Assembly: GCF_001194135.2 (NCBI RefSeq)
Contig: NC_068985.1
Location: 90,598,253 to 90,633,928 of the forward strand
Source of the DNA: Octopus bimaculoides
Lineage: Eukaryota
Direction of reading: 5' to 3'
Length of the DNA: 35,676 bases
Of the stretch, positions 23,886-35,676 are shown piece after piece. Within the stretch, counting starts at the first letter, position 1. Each line of letters starts with the position of its first letter. The notes beneath the pieces are model-generated. The model saw only the letters and a program-made list of their open reading frames with translations. It did not search any database and was not told where the DNA came from. Both the position numbers and the translations under genes were made by a program.

Positions 23886-23973
23886 ATATTTAAAGATTTA
23901 AGGAATGGAGAAAACGCATGTTATAAATGCAATTATAACATGCGTTTTCTCCATTCCTTAAATCTTTAAATAT
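23886..23973. repeat. 88-bp near-perfect palindrome
   Basis: Arms 23886-23926 and 23933-23973 are exact 41-bp reverse complements. The centre is ATGCAA (one A/A mismatch around self-complementary TGCA). Confidence 0.95.
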
Positions 23974-24266
23974 GCTCAAATACCCATAATTTCAAGGAGT
24001 TCCTGCCTTAAAAACAGGAACTACACCACAGTTATTTTATGTTCTTTGCTACATTGGTTTCTATTAACACATTTATTCTATCCGAAAAATTTTTATTCAT
24101 TAAGATAGAAGAAATACATATAAGTAAATATATATATATATGCCTATAGGTAAATATATACACATATGTACAAAACACACCCACCCACATGTATGTATAT
24201 ATATATACGTATATGTATGTATATATGTATTTATGCATGATTTCATGTAAATAAAGTTATACTTAC

Positions 24267-24486
24267 AAACACTGTGCACAGCAGACAATCCCGTAGAATT
24301 TTGTTTCCAGCCTTGTAGCGTAAGATTCTTAACGTAGCTAATACTTTACCATATTCTTCAGTTTCTACCACGGTATGAACAGAACATACCACTGTTTGCT
24401 CCTTCAACATTATCGAAATGGTGAATGGTAGAAGTGCCAAGTCTAGATGTGTTTCTACTTGGTTGTTCGCGTGGACAACCATTTGG
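24267..24486 (-). CDS. Candidate internal coding exon of an unidentified host gene (phase 2 start, phase 0 end)
   Basis: Acceptor ..GTCATATAG|C, then 220 nt open in one frame only (QMVVHANNQVETHLDLALLPFTISIMLKEQTVVCSVHTVVETEEYGKVLATLRILRYKAGNKILRDCLLCTVF), then consensus donor TTT|GTAAGT. Unique sequence with higher GC than its flanks. Protein not recognised. Confidence 0.4.
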
Positions 24487-26870
24487 CTATATGACATCGA
24501 AACAATGGATCTTACATAAACTTATCTTAATATTAGATTTATGGAATTCGGTTGCTTATGTTGGATATTCAAATTACTGGAATAAATTAACTAAGATTAA
24601 CAAACGTAATATAATGTCTAAATTATCCATAAATCTTTATTTGCTGCACATACTGATGCGTTCAACCAACATAGAATCCAGTTATGCCACACATGATACA
24701 CATGTATACACTTACATAACGCACACTTGTGCATGCCATAGAAAATGCGAATGTTGAACGCTGGTAGAAGATTAGATGAATGTATGTAAGTATATATANN
24801 NNNNNNNNNNNNNNNNNNNNNNNNNNNNNNNNNNNNNNNNNNNNNNNNNNNNNNNNNATATATATATATATAACTTAAGCAGAAAATTAAGAAAATCCTT
24901 GATCAACAAACAAAATATCTTCCGACGTTTACTATTTCTTAATACAAAACTTTAACATTTCTAACATCCGTTTCTACTTCTAATGTCTGTCAGCGCTACT
25001 AAAGAAAATTGTGAGAATAATATACGTCATATTCTATAGCTCATCCCATCTGGTAGATGGAGATTCATGAGAGTGAAGACAGATGCATAAAATAAAAGAA
25101 GAGAAAAGGACAAAGCCACGAGATGAGGAAAAGAAAGGGCTTTATATATTTGAATCAAAACATTTTGCAGTGAAACGCTTGAAGTCGATGAGCAAGTGAC
25201 TAACCAGAAACTTAATTGGTGGGCGAATGTTTCTTTAGGTTTACAAGGGTGTATAAATAATAATAAAACTAAAACAAGTTATTTAGTATAATGAGATTCG
25301 CCATTAGGTCTAGAAACAGAATAGTACCCAAGATTTCTTAACTAGTACTAATTACATTATTTATATTATTTACATTTCACGGATATTTGTCCTCAGCTTG
25401 TTTGTTGTTAGCCCAAGATTGCAAACCGAGTTAAATAACTACTTGGTGTTTATAGGAATGGAGCGGTTTAAAATAAGCATGATTCTTCCATACAGTAAAG
25501 TAAATGATGTTTAGAATTATTCAAATTTACCCACACTGCATTGTGGGAGACTACATTTATATGCATGTAGATATCTTGAGAGTCTTTCAGAAATTCTATT
25601 AATGATCTTCTCATATATATATATATGCGCGTCTGTGTATGTTTGCTTAAACGCACAGAGAGAGGAAGACTCACGTATGCATGCTCCGACATACAAATGC
25701 ATACAGGAAAATATGTATATATGTGTATGTAAGTGTGTGTGTGCTGTTATGTATTTCTGTGGACATGTTTCTCCCACTGTATCTATATTCACTATCTTGT
25801 CTTACGTTTCTTTATGTCAAAAATAAAACAAGCCCATTTTAAACAGTAACATCTATTACATAGCATATTTATAAATATTTGTTTCGAGTAGTTCCAGTCA
25901 TACACTTTCTAATGGCGGTATGGATATTTTCGGCAATTAAATGTCGAAAATGACGCGAAAGAATATTAAAAACCGCTTTTCAAAAGTAAGCAGGTTCACA
26001 AAGCTCATAATGTACTGCCTAATATCTTTGGGTAACGTAATTCCCATTATTATGGACCCAATAATTCATTGCAAAATCTATAAAGGAATTTCAACTTACT
26101 GTTTTCCCCCACCTTTTTTTACACACTTTGTCGTGTGCTGCCATTTTCCAGCAAAATAAAATCTATACTTGCACAATAATCTGAATTTCTTTCCGATTGT
26201 ATGTGACAGCGCCAGTCGCCATTATCAACGCAGTTTGATCTAGACACGTTATGTAAAGAATATAATAAGGTTTTAGGCATTTTTTTTTCTTTTAACTCAA
26301 ATCGTGTGAAAGGATACAAACGGAAAGAGGAAAGAAATGAGTTAAAGACTATTCTCTTGTGTTATTTTACAGCAGTTTTCATCTCATAGTGTCTTTAATA
26401 CGATATGATTGTTTTCACATTCCGGTATGCCCAACATTGCTATAATGGAGGAGATACTCATCCGTAGATCAAATAGCTATTTCTCATGCTTCCAGCTAAA
26501 TGGACTCTACTAAAGTCATGTAACAATGAGCTGCTGGTCTTAAACCTGTCGACAAATATGTCACGGAAGCAATAAGTAAAAAGTTTCCCCGTCCAATTTC
26601 TACGTTGTTTCTATCAAGTAGTTTTCATTGAAGACAATTTGGAAGTAGATACATTGGTACCACACACAGTTAGAATATTCCATATGATGAAATTTAATTC
26701 GACACCAACCATACACGCATACTTCTTAGAAATAATGACATGGTCTTAACACTTGAACTGTTTAAACACTAACCTATTTCTAACTATCTTACTGAAAAAT
26801 AGGCAAAAACATAGCTTAAATCATCAAAACTATTATACATATTCTTCCTTCACTACAACATGTTACGTCA

Positions 26871-27100
26871 GCAAGCTGCAGAATCGTTGGCACACCAGAC
26901 AAAATGCTCACCGGCATTAACTTCCGGCTTTATGTTCTGAGTTCAAATGCCACCAAAGTCAACCTTGTCTCTCATAATTCCAGGGCCCATGAAATAATTA
27001 ATTTATTTGATATATTTGCTCCAACTCTCCACGCCATGAGTTGAAATCCTTGTCAAGGTCAATTTTACCTCTCATCAAAGTGGGATCCGTAAAATAAGAG
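26871..27100 (+). mobile_element. SINE family A copy (26871-27000) plus a second partial copy (~27020-27100)
   Basis: AGCTGCAGAATCGTTGGCACACCAGACAAAATGCT..GTTCTGAGTTCAAATGCCACCAAAGTCAACC matches the head of 29015-29222. Confidence 0.7.
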
Positions 27101-28976
27101 AAGTATGGCATGACGATGACATCTACTAACCTATATATATATATATATAATTTATATTACATTGATCTATTCAAGCATCTATTTATAGAAATGTATTTTC
27201 TTAGAAAATCTTAGAAATGTATGTTCGTGTATACAAGTGCTAAATGATTTTGCTGCTGATCGGCCCTTGCCAAATTTATTAATGAAACCATAGTATTCTA
27301 AATATGTAGAGAGATAAATTAATTACTCCAATAGCATTCAACAGTTGTGGGTTGATATGTTTTTGTAGAATGTATAATGTATTATACAATAATGTGCGGT
27401 TTGTAAGTGCATGCGCGTAAACGAGTAGAGCGAAGACGGCACGCTGATAATACTTATTATCCATTGGTACTCTGAGTTTCACACGTTTGTAAGTTCACAA
27501 CATGTCATCTGCTGAGTATCGATATTTTCTGAAATTGCATGATATAAAGAACAAAATATTGTCAGAAACACACGAACATTTGCTCTAACAACATTTATTA
27601 TTAAAATGTGCTCTCATAAACGGAATATTTTAGTGAATAAGGGAAAAAAAGATCTGTGTGTCATGTTATAGAGCAAACAAGTATTAAAATATAATATTAT
27701 TATTCCAGGGAATATATTATAAAACATATTTTTATTTTATTTGCAAATAAAGCAACATTATTTCTTAACTCACCTATACACTATCACATATTAAGCAAAT
27801 TACCGTAATTTCGTACATAGCATTTTTCAGTAAATAACACTGGTAGTTACTGAAATATAATAGATAAATAATGTTTTGTTATTACGAAGTCTCTTTTCTG
27901 TAAAACGTTTTTAAAATATGCACGTTGATACAATGGAGTAAAATAGATATGAAAACAACATATATTTGATAAACAAAATAATGACTTTTCGTAACATGAA
28001 ATTAAATATTGTACTACACATAAAAGTAAATGCATTAATGATAAATAGGAACGTTTACATACATATACGTAAAGCTGTTCCTATACACTCATAATTTTAT
28101 GTTTGAGTAAATACACACACACAAACACACACACAAACACACATCGCATATACAAATAGAAATTCGTATACATATACCTGTGTATCAGAACACACACACA
28201 CATTCACACTCTCACACAGATATATATATATNNNNNNNNNNNNNNNNNNNNNNNNNNNNNNNNNNNNNNNNNNNNNNNNNNNNNNNNNNNNNNNNNNNNN
28301 NNNNNNNNNNNNNNNNNNNNNNNNNNNNNNNNNNNNNNNNNNNNNNNNNNNNNNNNNNNNNNNNNNNNNNNNNNNNNNNNNNNNNNNNNNNNNNNNNNNN
28401 NNNNNNNNNNNNNNNNNNNNNNNNNNNNNNNNNNNNNNNNNNNNNNNNNNNNNNNNNNNNNNNNNNNNNNNNNNNNNNNNNNNNNNNNNNNNNNNNNNNN
28501 NNNNNNNNNNNNNNNNNNNNNNNNNNNNNNNNNNNNNNNNNNNNNNNNNNNNNNNNNNNNNNNNNNNNNNNNNNNNNNNNNNNNNNNNNNNNNNNNNNNN
28601 NNNNNNNNNNNNNNNNNNNNNNNNNNNNNNNNNNNNNNNNNNNNNNNNNNNNNNNNNNNNNNNNNNNNNNNNNNNNNNNNNNNNNNNNNNNNNNNNNNNN
28701 NNNNNNNNNNNNNNNNNNNNNNNNNNNNNNNNNNNNNNNNNNNNNNNNNNNNNNNNNNNNNNNNNNNNNNNNNNNNNNNNNNNNNNNNNNNNNNNNNNNN
28801 NNNNNNNNNNNNNNNNNNNNNNNNNNNNNNNNNNNNNNNNNNNNNNNNNNNNNNNNNNNNNNNNNNNNNNNNNNNNNNNNNNNNNNNNNNNNNNNNNNNN
28901 NNNNNNNNNNNNNNNNNNNNNNNNNNNNNNNNNNNNNNNNNNNNNNNNNNNNNNNNNNNNNNNNNNNNNNNNNNNN

Positions 28977-29014
<38 letters not shown>

Positions 29015-29015
<1 letters not shown>

Positions 29016-29222
29016 GATGAGCTGCCAGAATCATCTGAATGCTGGGTAAAAAGCTTAGCGGCGTTTTCACCTCCATAAACTCTTAGTCCAAACTCCACGA
29101 AGGTCGCCGTCTCCATTCATCCACTCTGGGTTGATCTTGAATAAGTTCCCGTTGAGCATTGTGGTCGATGTAAGCGCCCCTCATCCTTTCCCGAAGTTGC
29201 AGATCTTGTCCCCAAAATTGAC
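29015..29222 (+). mobile_element. SINE family A, near full-length decayed copy
   Basis: GAGCTGCCAGAATC..AAAGCTTAGCGG..CATCCACTCTGGGTTGATCTTGAATAAGTTCCCGTTGAGCATTGTGGTCGATGTAA..CTTGTCCCCAAAATTG. Confidence 0.7.
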
Positions 29223-29224
29223 AT

Positions 29225-29455
29225 CATTATTATAATTGTTATTTTTATCATTATTATTGACTGAGCACACTCTATCAAAGTGACACTGGGGTAAGATATA
29301 CGAAGCCCAGTATACCCATCATAACTACCCGTATGATAAAGGGAACACAAGGCACATGCGTCGCAACAATATGTGCCCGACACGGTGACCTTATTTTAAG
29401 ATAAACTGCTCATGACCTTGCAGGTAGGAACCAGCTAGCATTTTCTTCAGGTTGC
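29225..29455 (-). mobile_element. 3' part of another interspersed retroposon (SINE or LINE end) with (AAT)n-type tail
   Basis: On the minus strand a GC-richer body (CTGGGCTTCGTATATCTTACCCCAGTGTCACTTTG) ends in a degenerate AAT/GAT repeat tail (29225-29256). I recall this as an abundant octopus repeat; not verified. Confidence 0.45.
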
Positions 29456-30073
29456 GCGTTGCGAGTTAATATACGCGCGTACATATACTTTTACCTGTAT
29501 CAGTGAGGGATTATGGCCATGCTGGTGCTCATCTATTTGTGAGTTAATGGTGCATTTCTGTTCTTTTTGATGTCTCTTACTTTGGTTTGGATTTGGTGGT
29601 TGTTTGAGGAAAAAGCCGAATATCATTACCGCTTCTTGGATTGCTGGGTTCTCTTTCGGTATGTGTATATGCATGTGTGTGTTTGTGTGTGTATGAAGAG
29701 GCAACACGGAACATGCGTCTGTTTGAACAATATCGATTTAATTTAAAACGACATTACAAATTAGGCGTTATAAGTCAAACATCCTTTAGCACCAGAATGA
29801 CTAACCACACTGCTAGTTTGAACGGTCGACGGTACCTGAATGCAATATATATACTTTATTATGGATAGTTTAATGCAGAGATATACACTTCACAAAGTAT
29901 GAAGAACAAGCTAATTCTGCTTTAAAAATCTTAGTTCTGTTACCAAAATTGTGGACTTAATACAAAACTGTGTAGTGTTAGTTTTGTCCAATTCCTGATT
30001 GCTCTGCTAATCATTCACAAATGAATAGCTGTAGAAACCTACCTTTGATATATCTGAAGCATAATACTTTAAT

Positions 30074-30113
<40 letters not shown>

Positions 30114-31279
30114 CACTGCTTATTACTATATCTATTCACTGAATATTCACAATTTTTATATCTCATTTTTTTATTAATTCGACTTATGATCTTCTTTGTC
30201 ATTCTATCTGTGACTTTGTCATTATTAGTTTAAATGTGGATGCTGCATTTTTCTCTTTATCAGCAAGCTAATATTCGTTTCTTCCTTTTAGCAGATGACG
30301 ATTCAAAACTTTTTTTTATAATTTGGTAATAGTAATTTGAGGGGAGAAGTTGACAGTTATGCTATAACATGCTTGTTGTCTGCATCCTGAATCTAACGAG
30401 ACATGATGACTGCACCTATTGTGACACGCTAATAATTCTGACATGAATGTTCCATATGGATTGTGATTACATCATATAATTTTCAATGACAACTATGATA
30501 TATTAATGAAGAATTTTGTACTGGTAACATCGTCTTAAAATATTTTTATTACTGATAGACTGAAGCTAAACGCATACACAGACAGACAAACACGCACTCA
30601 CACACACAAGCATACACATATACCCACGCACATATGAACGAGTTAGTTTTTGCTAGGAAACATTTCCTAATGTTCTTGTCATAAACAAAGCAAGAATTGT
30701 ACTTATAGCCATAGACAGTTCTATGAATTCCTAAAATAAAGCTGAAGATTATAATATTAGTTGTATGATATCGCTAGAGCTGAAATTTATTCTATTCGGC
30801 TTTATATGACTGTGCGTATCTGTATGTATATAGGTGTGTGTACAATCTGTGTGTATGTGTCTGTGTTTGTATACAAATTGTTAAAGTCCATCTCAGTAAC
30901 CCTGGTCCCAATTCATGAAAATAGCTACAGCTGTATCGAAACTATGACTTGTTACACATCCGAAATTTATACCCTTTTATGTTCTCAACAAGCCTCATAG
31001 GTTGTTTATATTCCTTCAAAATATGTGCTTTGATATTTTGTACGGACAGTGTATAGCTTAGAGCTGGTGGTACTTATATCAAGTATTACAAAAATATAAA
31101 TGGTGGGAGGTTAAATATAGGGAAACTTTATAGCATAGTTAGTGTGAGATGCTTGCAAAATTAACGTAGTAGACAGGAATAATTAAATTTTCCGAGAAAT
31201 AATCAACAATATAACCATTCTGATACACATACAGACTCAACATTATTTAGCACTGAAAATATATCGTATATCTTGTCAT

Positions 31280-31315
31280 ATATGTATGTGTGTATGTATG
31301 CATATATATGTATAT

Positions 31316-31383
<68 letters not shown>

Positions 31384-31467
31384 ATATATATATATATATA
31401 TATCAATATGCATGCACATATATATATATATGAACACATATACATATACACATACACGCAGATTCAT

Positions 31468-31501
<34 letters not shown>

Positions 31502-31505
31502 CTAT
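31280..31505. repeat. Compound (TA)/(TG)/(CA) microsatellite cluster
   Basis: Directly visible; source of several spurious ORFs. Confidence 0.9.
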
Positions 31506-32187
31506 ATGCGCATGAGTCTCTGTACATATATTTGTAAGTGCGTATGAATACGGATACCTATATGTGTGTGTCTGGGCGTGTGCTTCAGTGAGTATATGTG
31601 TGCACCTTGTTTGTATAAAATCAATAGTATGACAGCGTAAATATATGCGTGTGTCTTCATAAAGCAAAAATTTAATAGGAATTAAAATATATGCTGGAAT
31701 TTTTATTAAAGCATAGGTTAATATATGCGTATATACACTCAGATAAAGAAAGAAATTATGAAAATATATACTGAGGGAAGAGAAAAAGTACTTTAAAATT
31801 GTCTGTGTTGGAATATTCCGAATTGCAAACACAAATTGCTTTGCGTAACATCATGGTGATTATAATGTGTTGTTTAAAAAATGCAATATATATTTAATAT
31901 CGTAAGTTAAATTGTTACATTTTTCAATTCAATAAAACTTTCCCAGCAATGATATATTAATATATTATTCATTTCCAACAGATTTTCTATAAAACGTAAC
32001 GCATCGCAATAACAGAATATTAATATATACATATTGGATTACGGCTTATGTTTTTTGAACTAGAAAGATTCGTAATATTGGCATAAATTGAACATATATA
32101 TTACACAACAACATTTTAGAAATTGCTTTCATATGTACAGATATATGTGTGCGCGTGTCTGAGTCTGAGTGAAAATACGAATCTGTC

Positions 32188-32222
<35 letters not shown>

Positions 32223-32316
32223 NNNNNNNNNNNNNNNNNNNNNNNNNNNNNNNNNNNNNNNNNNNNNNNNNNNNNNNNNNNNNNNNNNNNNNTGTGTGTG
32301 TGTGTGTGTGTGTGTC

Positions 32317-32347
<31 letters not shown>

Positions 32348-32633
32348 GGATGTACATGTATGTTCGTATGTATGTATGCGCCTATATACATATATACATA
32401 TATACATAGCTACATATATTTCATTAGATTGTAATAATCCAATTATGCTGCTTCGTGTACTTGTGTATTGCATGCATAAATGGAGTAACACACAATTCTC
32501 GGTGCAAAAATGTACGTGCCTAGTGACTAAACGTGACTAAAAGCACACTCTACATCGTAACATTTTAAGATGAGCGTTTAACCTTCATTTCCTAAAAGAT
32601 TATGATGGAATTTGGCTTCCTAATTGCCCCCGA

Positions 32634-33537
32634 GGCTGTGACAATGCTGGGGCACCGCCAATGTAATCAATTTTTGATTGTCTAATTCTATGTGATTGTC
32701 TCTTTGTGAATGAGGGAGTTCGATGCTACTGCCCTCTTTTGAGTTTCCTGCCTTGATATTGGTTCGTCTGTGATCTTGGACAGCAAGACGTCAATTTTCT
32801 TGAAGACATTAATCCCACTCCATGGAGATCCCTCAGATATTTTGGCAACGCGTTAAATAGGTGTGTGCTCTGGAATCCCAAGTATCGCTGTACATATTCC
32901 TCACCTTAGATGGGGCTCTTGGGACATTTGTAATAGTGCAGTGACGTCCAATTGGAGCTCTGGTATAACTCTCAATTACAAAGATTGGTGCCATCCTCTC
33001 CAGTATCCAGCACACATATATCGCTGGGTACCTCTCCGTCTTCGCTTCAGGGAGTAGACTCGTAGCTCATTCAGTCTCACCCAGTAGCTGAGCTGTTCCA
33101 TTGATGTAATCTTCCTCGTGTAGCATCGCCAAACCGCTTTAGGTTCCGCTATTACTCCGACGCTGTAAGATGACCATAGTTGAGAGTAGCAGTCAAGACG
33201 GCTGAGGATAAATGTCCTCCATAGGACCGGTATAGTTGTCTGGTCTGCTATCCTGAACCTTTTCAGAATCCACCCATCCATCAACAGCATACCGCAACCA
33301 TCTTCGTGCAATAAAAGTCTCAGGAGACATCGTTACCCATATCAATCCCAAGATGGTGTATTTCGTGCGATTATAGGATTGCAGTTTTTTGGGGGTCAAA
33401 GAAACCTTGTCTCGACTTCTGAGCGCCAATTATCTGGTAGCGGAGGGCTTAGAATTTGCCTGCATAGTATTGCATGTTGGTGTCGTCATCCCATTTATAT
33501 ATGGTTTCTGGATCTTTCTGTTGAAGGTTAGCATCAG
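32634..33537 (-). mobile_element. CR1-group LINE fragment (post-YADD RT to 3' tail), decayed
   Basis: Translation DANLQQKDPETIYKW..NMQYYAGKF*ALRY..GWILKRFRIADQTTIPVLWRTFILSRLDYCSQLWSSYS..LSYWVRLNELRVYSLKRRR..LLSKITDEPISRQETQKRAVASNSLIH, and tail GGCGGTGCCCCAGCATTGTCACAGCC (32659-32634). Confidence 0.88.
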
Positions 33538-33739
33538 AAGTTTCCTTAACTATATATATATATATATAAACAATTGCAGCGTGGAAGGTGTTTCTAAGCC
33601 ATTTAAGATAACACACACAATCCGTTTGATTCACTTCAACATTTAAATTTAATTTGTCAAAATATTTTCGTCGCTTTGAGACCGCGACCTGTTCACTGAC
33701 AAAATTATGTGCTGCATCAGAGAAAGTAATAGTTAGTTC

Positions 33740-33916
33740 ATGATATATATGTACATGTGTATGTATGTATGTATGTATGTATGTATGTATATATGTATGT
33801 ATGTATGTGCGTGTACATGTGTGCGCGTATGCATCTGTGTACATCCGTATGCATGTGTGCATGGTTATACACATGTATGTATATATGTATATATGTATGT
33901 ATGTGAGTATGCACGT
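33740..33916. repeat. (TATG)n and degenerate TG/TA microsatellite
   Basis: Directly visible before gap 33917-34169. Confidence 0.85.
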
Positions 33917-35676
33917 NNNNNNNNNNNNNNNNNNNNNNNNNNNNNNNNNNNNNNNNNNNNNNNNNNNNNNNNNNNNNNNNNNNNNNNNNNNNNNNNNNNN
34001 NNNNNNNNNNNNNNNNNNNNNNNNNNNNNNNNNNNNNNNNNNNNNNNNNNNNNNNNNNNNNNNNNNNNNNNNNNNNNNNNNNNNNNNNNNNNNNNNNNNN
34101 NNNNNNNNNNNNNNNNNNNNNNNNNNNNNNNNNNNNNNNNNNNNNNNNNNNNNNNNNNNNNNNNNNNNNTATATATATATATATATATATGCACATACAC
34201 ATATATACGCGAAATAATTGAACGTTTTAGCGACACATCCATTTCGGCCAAATTTGGTTAACCAGTTAATCTAAAATCATCTTACGCTTTGCTCGAGTGG
34301 CCTAGGTAAATATTTACTTGTCGCAACCCTTCAGTAGTGTATATTGCATCTGTGTATAAAATTTGAAGTAATTCACTTGAAAATACTGAAAGTTATGGTA
34401 GAAAATAACATTCAAATGAGAATTTGCATTGAAATGCCCTATTGAATTTTGAAATATCGATGCTGATAAAAATTATCGATATTTTAGAAATTCCAAGTCT
34501 ATCAGTGACCGCATTGGCATAAGCTCTTCACACACGTGTAAAGTTTCATCATGATTGGTTGGATAGTCTCGTCGGAGTTAAAGTAACATTTTCGCAAATT
34601 TGCACGCAAGCCACAAAAAGAGCGAAATTACCATTTATGCACACACTCAATCTCACAAATGCACGCACACACACACAGACACACACACACACGTACTCAC
34701 ATGTATACATGTACATATACTTGAATCGATACATGTGCGTGTATACATATATCGTATATATAATATATATTCTTATATACAGACATATATAAATTGCGTA
34801 CGTACATATGTGTGCTTGTGTATTTGCGTATATAAGTATGTACAAGCTTATACACTGTTAGTGTTTGTTAAACCAATGCAAAAAGCAATGTTGTAACACC
34901 TTAACCTAGACTTGTTCGCTAAGACTGAAAATACTTGTGTAGAAGCATAAATATTTATAAATAAATACATGTATGGGTAGTCACCAAATTGAAATGTGTA
35001 TGTATTAAAATGTTTCACACCTGTCTAGACACCTCGTTGCAATTTGTCACTTGGAGAAATGACCCCAGTTATTTTGTACAAACTGTAAGTATTAAAGAAA
35101 TGTTTGAGACATTTCTTATGATGCATCATTCAGACATTTTGAAAAAAGAATTGGATAAAACTGTTTATTTAACACTAAACTAATTTGTTATTCTCGGAAA
35201 TATGGTCACAGGATAAATCAATACAAACATAGTGTTATATTCACCAGTATTCAAACTGCAATAAGTATGGATACCCGCCTTGCAGGTGAATAATTTGTAT
35301 ACATTGTAATGATTAATGATTTGCAGAATGAATGATGTCCACGGTATTCGTGGACAAAACTAAGTTTCAGATATCAACATCTATCGATCTCGTTCACTTC
35401 CTGGTTGTTCTTTCCACTTGGCTTTCAGTATTGCAATGCTTTTTTTTAAATTTGAAATTCTACATCTTTATAGGGATATTCTGAGTACAAAGGACCATTG
35501 CTGAAAACGTTTGACAGAGCAAAGACAGTACGTACGTGATATCACATTGTAGGTAAGCCTCTAACACAAATTGAAATCTATCCACCTGCCTTGCCTACCT
35601 GTCTTCCTGGCTATTTGTGTTTATCTATCTAGCTATGTATCTATCTATCTCCCCCTGTCTTTCTCCCCATATATAT

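Noticed and set aside
26165-26230. Possible first exon MATGAVTYNRKEIQII with good Kozak context (minus strand)
   Set aside because: It needs a weak GC or GTATAG donor and is too short to distinguish from chance.
33513-33526. TCTTTCTGTTGAAG, identical to the 5' part of the hammerhead-like motif
   Set aside because: No stem II or GAAAC follows. On the minus strand it encodes the LINE RT segment LQQKD, so the match is coincidental.

Overview
This is AT-rich, microsatellite-dense eukaryotic DNA with 16 N-gaps. The repeat families resemble those I recall from octopus genomes; this is inference and no search was run. No intact gene is visible, only one candidate internal exon (24267-24486, -). The main feature is a decayed Penelope-like retroelement (PLE; RT plus C-terminal GIY-YIG, Neptune-like Cys linker) at 11673-16116. 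Its 3' part is duplicated in inverted orientation at its 5' end. A second, older PLE remnant lies at 2780-3640. The window also holds three CR1-group LINE fragments, a Tc1/mariner fragment and at least three tRNA-type SINE families. The most interesting signal is a dispersed ~195-bp PLE-terminus unit present in five copies. It carries a minimal type-I hammerhead-ribozyme-like motif with a non-canonical core (CUGUUGA plus an extra A) and a loopless palindromic stem III (ACGU). Also notable are an 88-bp near-perfect palindrome and a 3' stem-loop shared between LINEs and SINEs.
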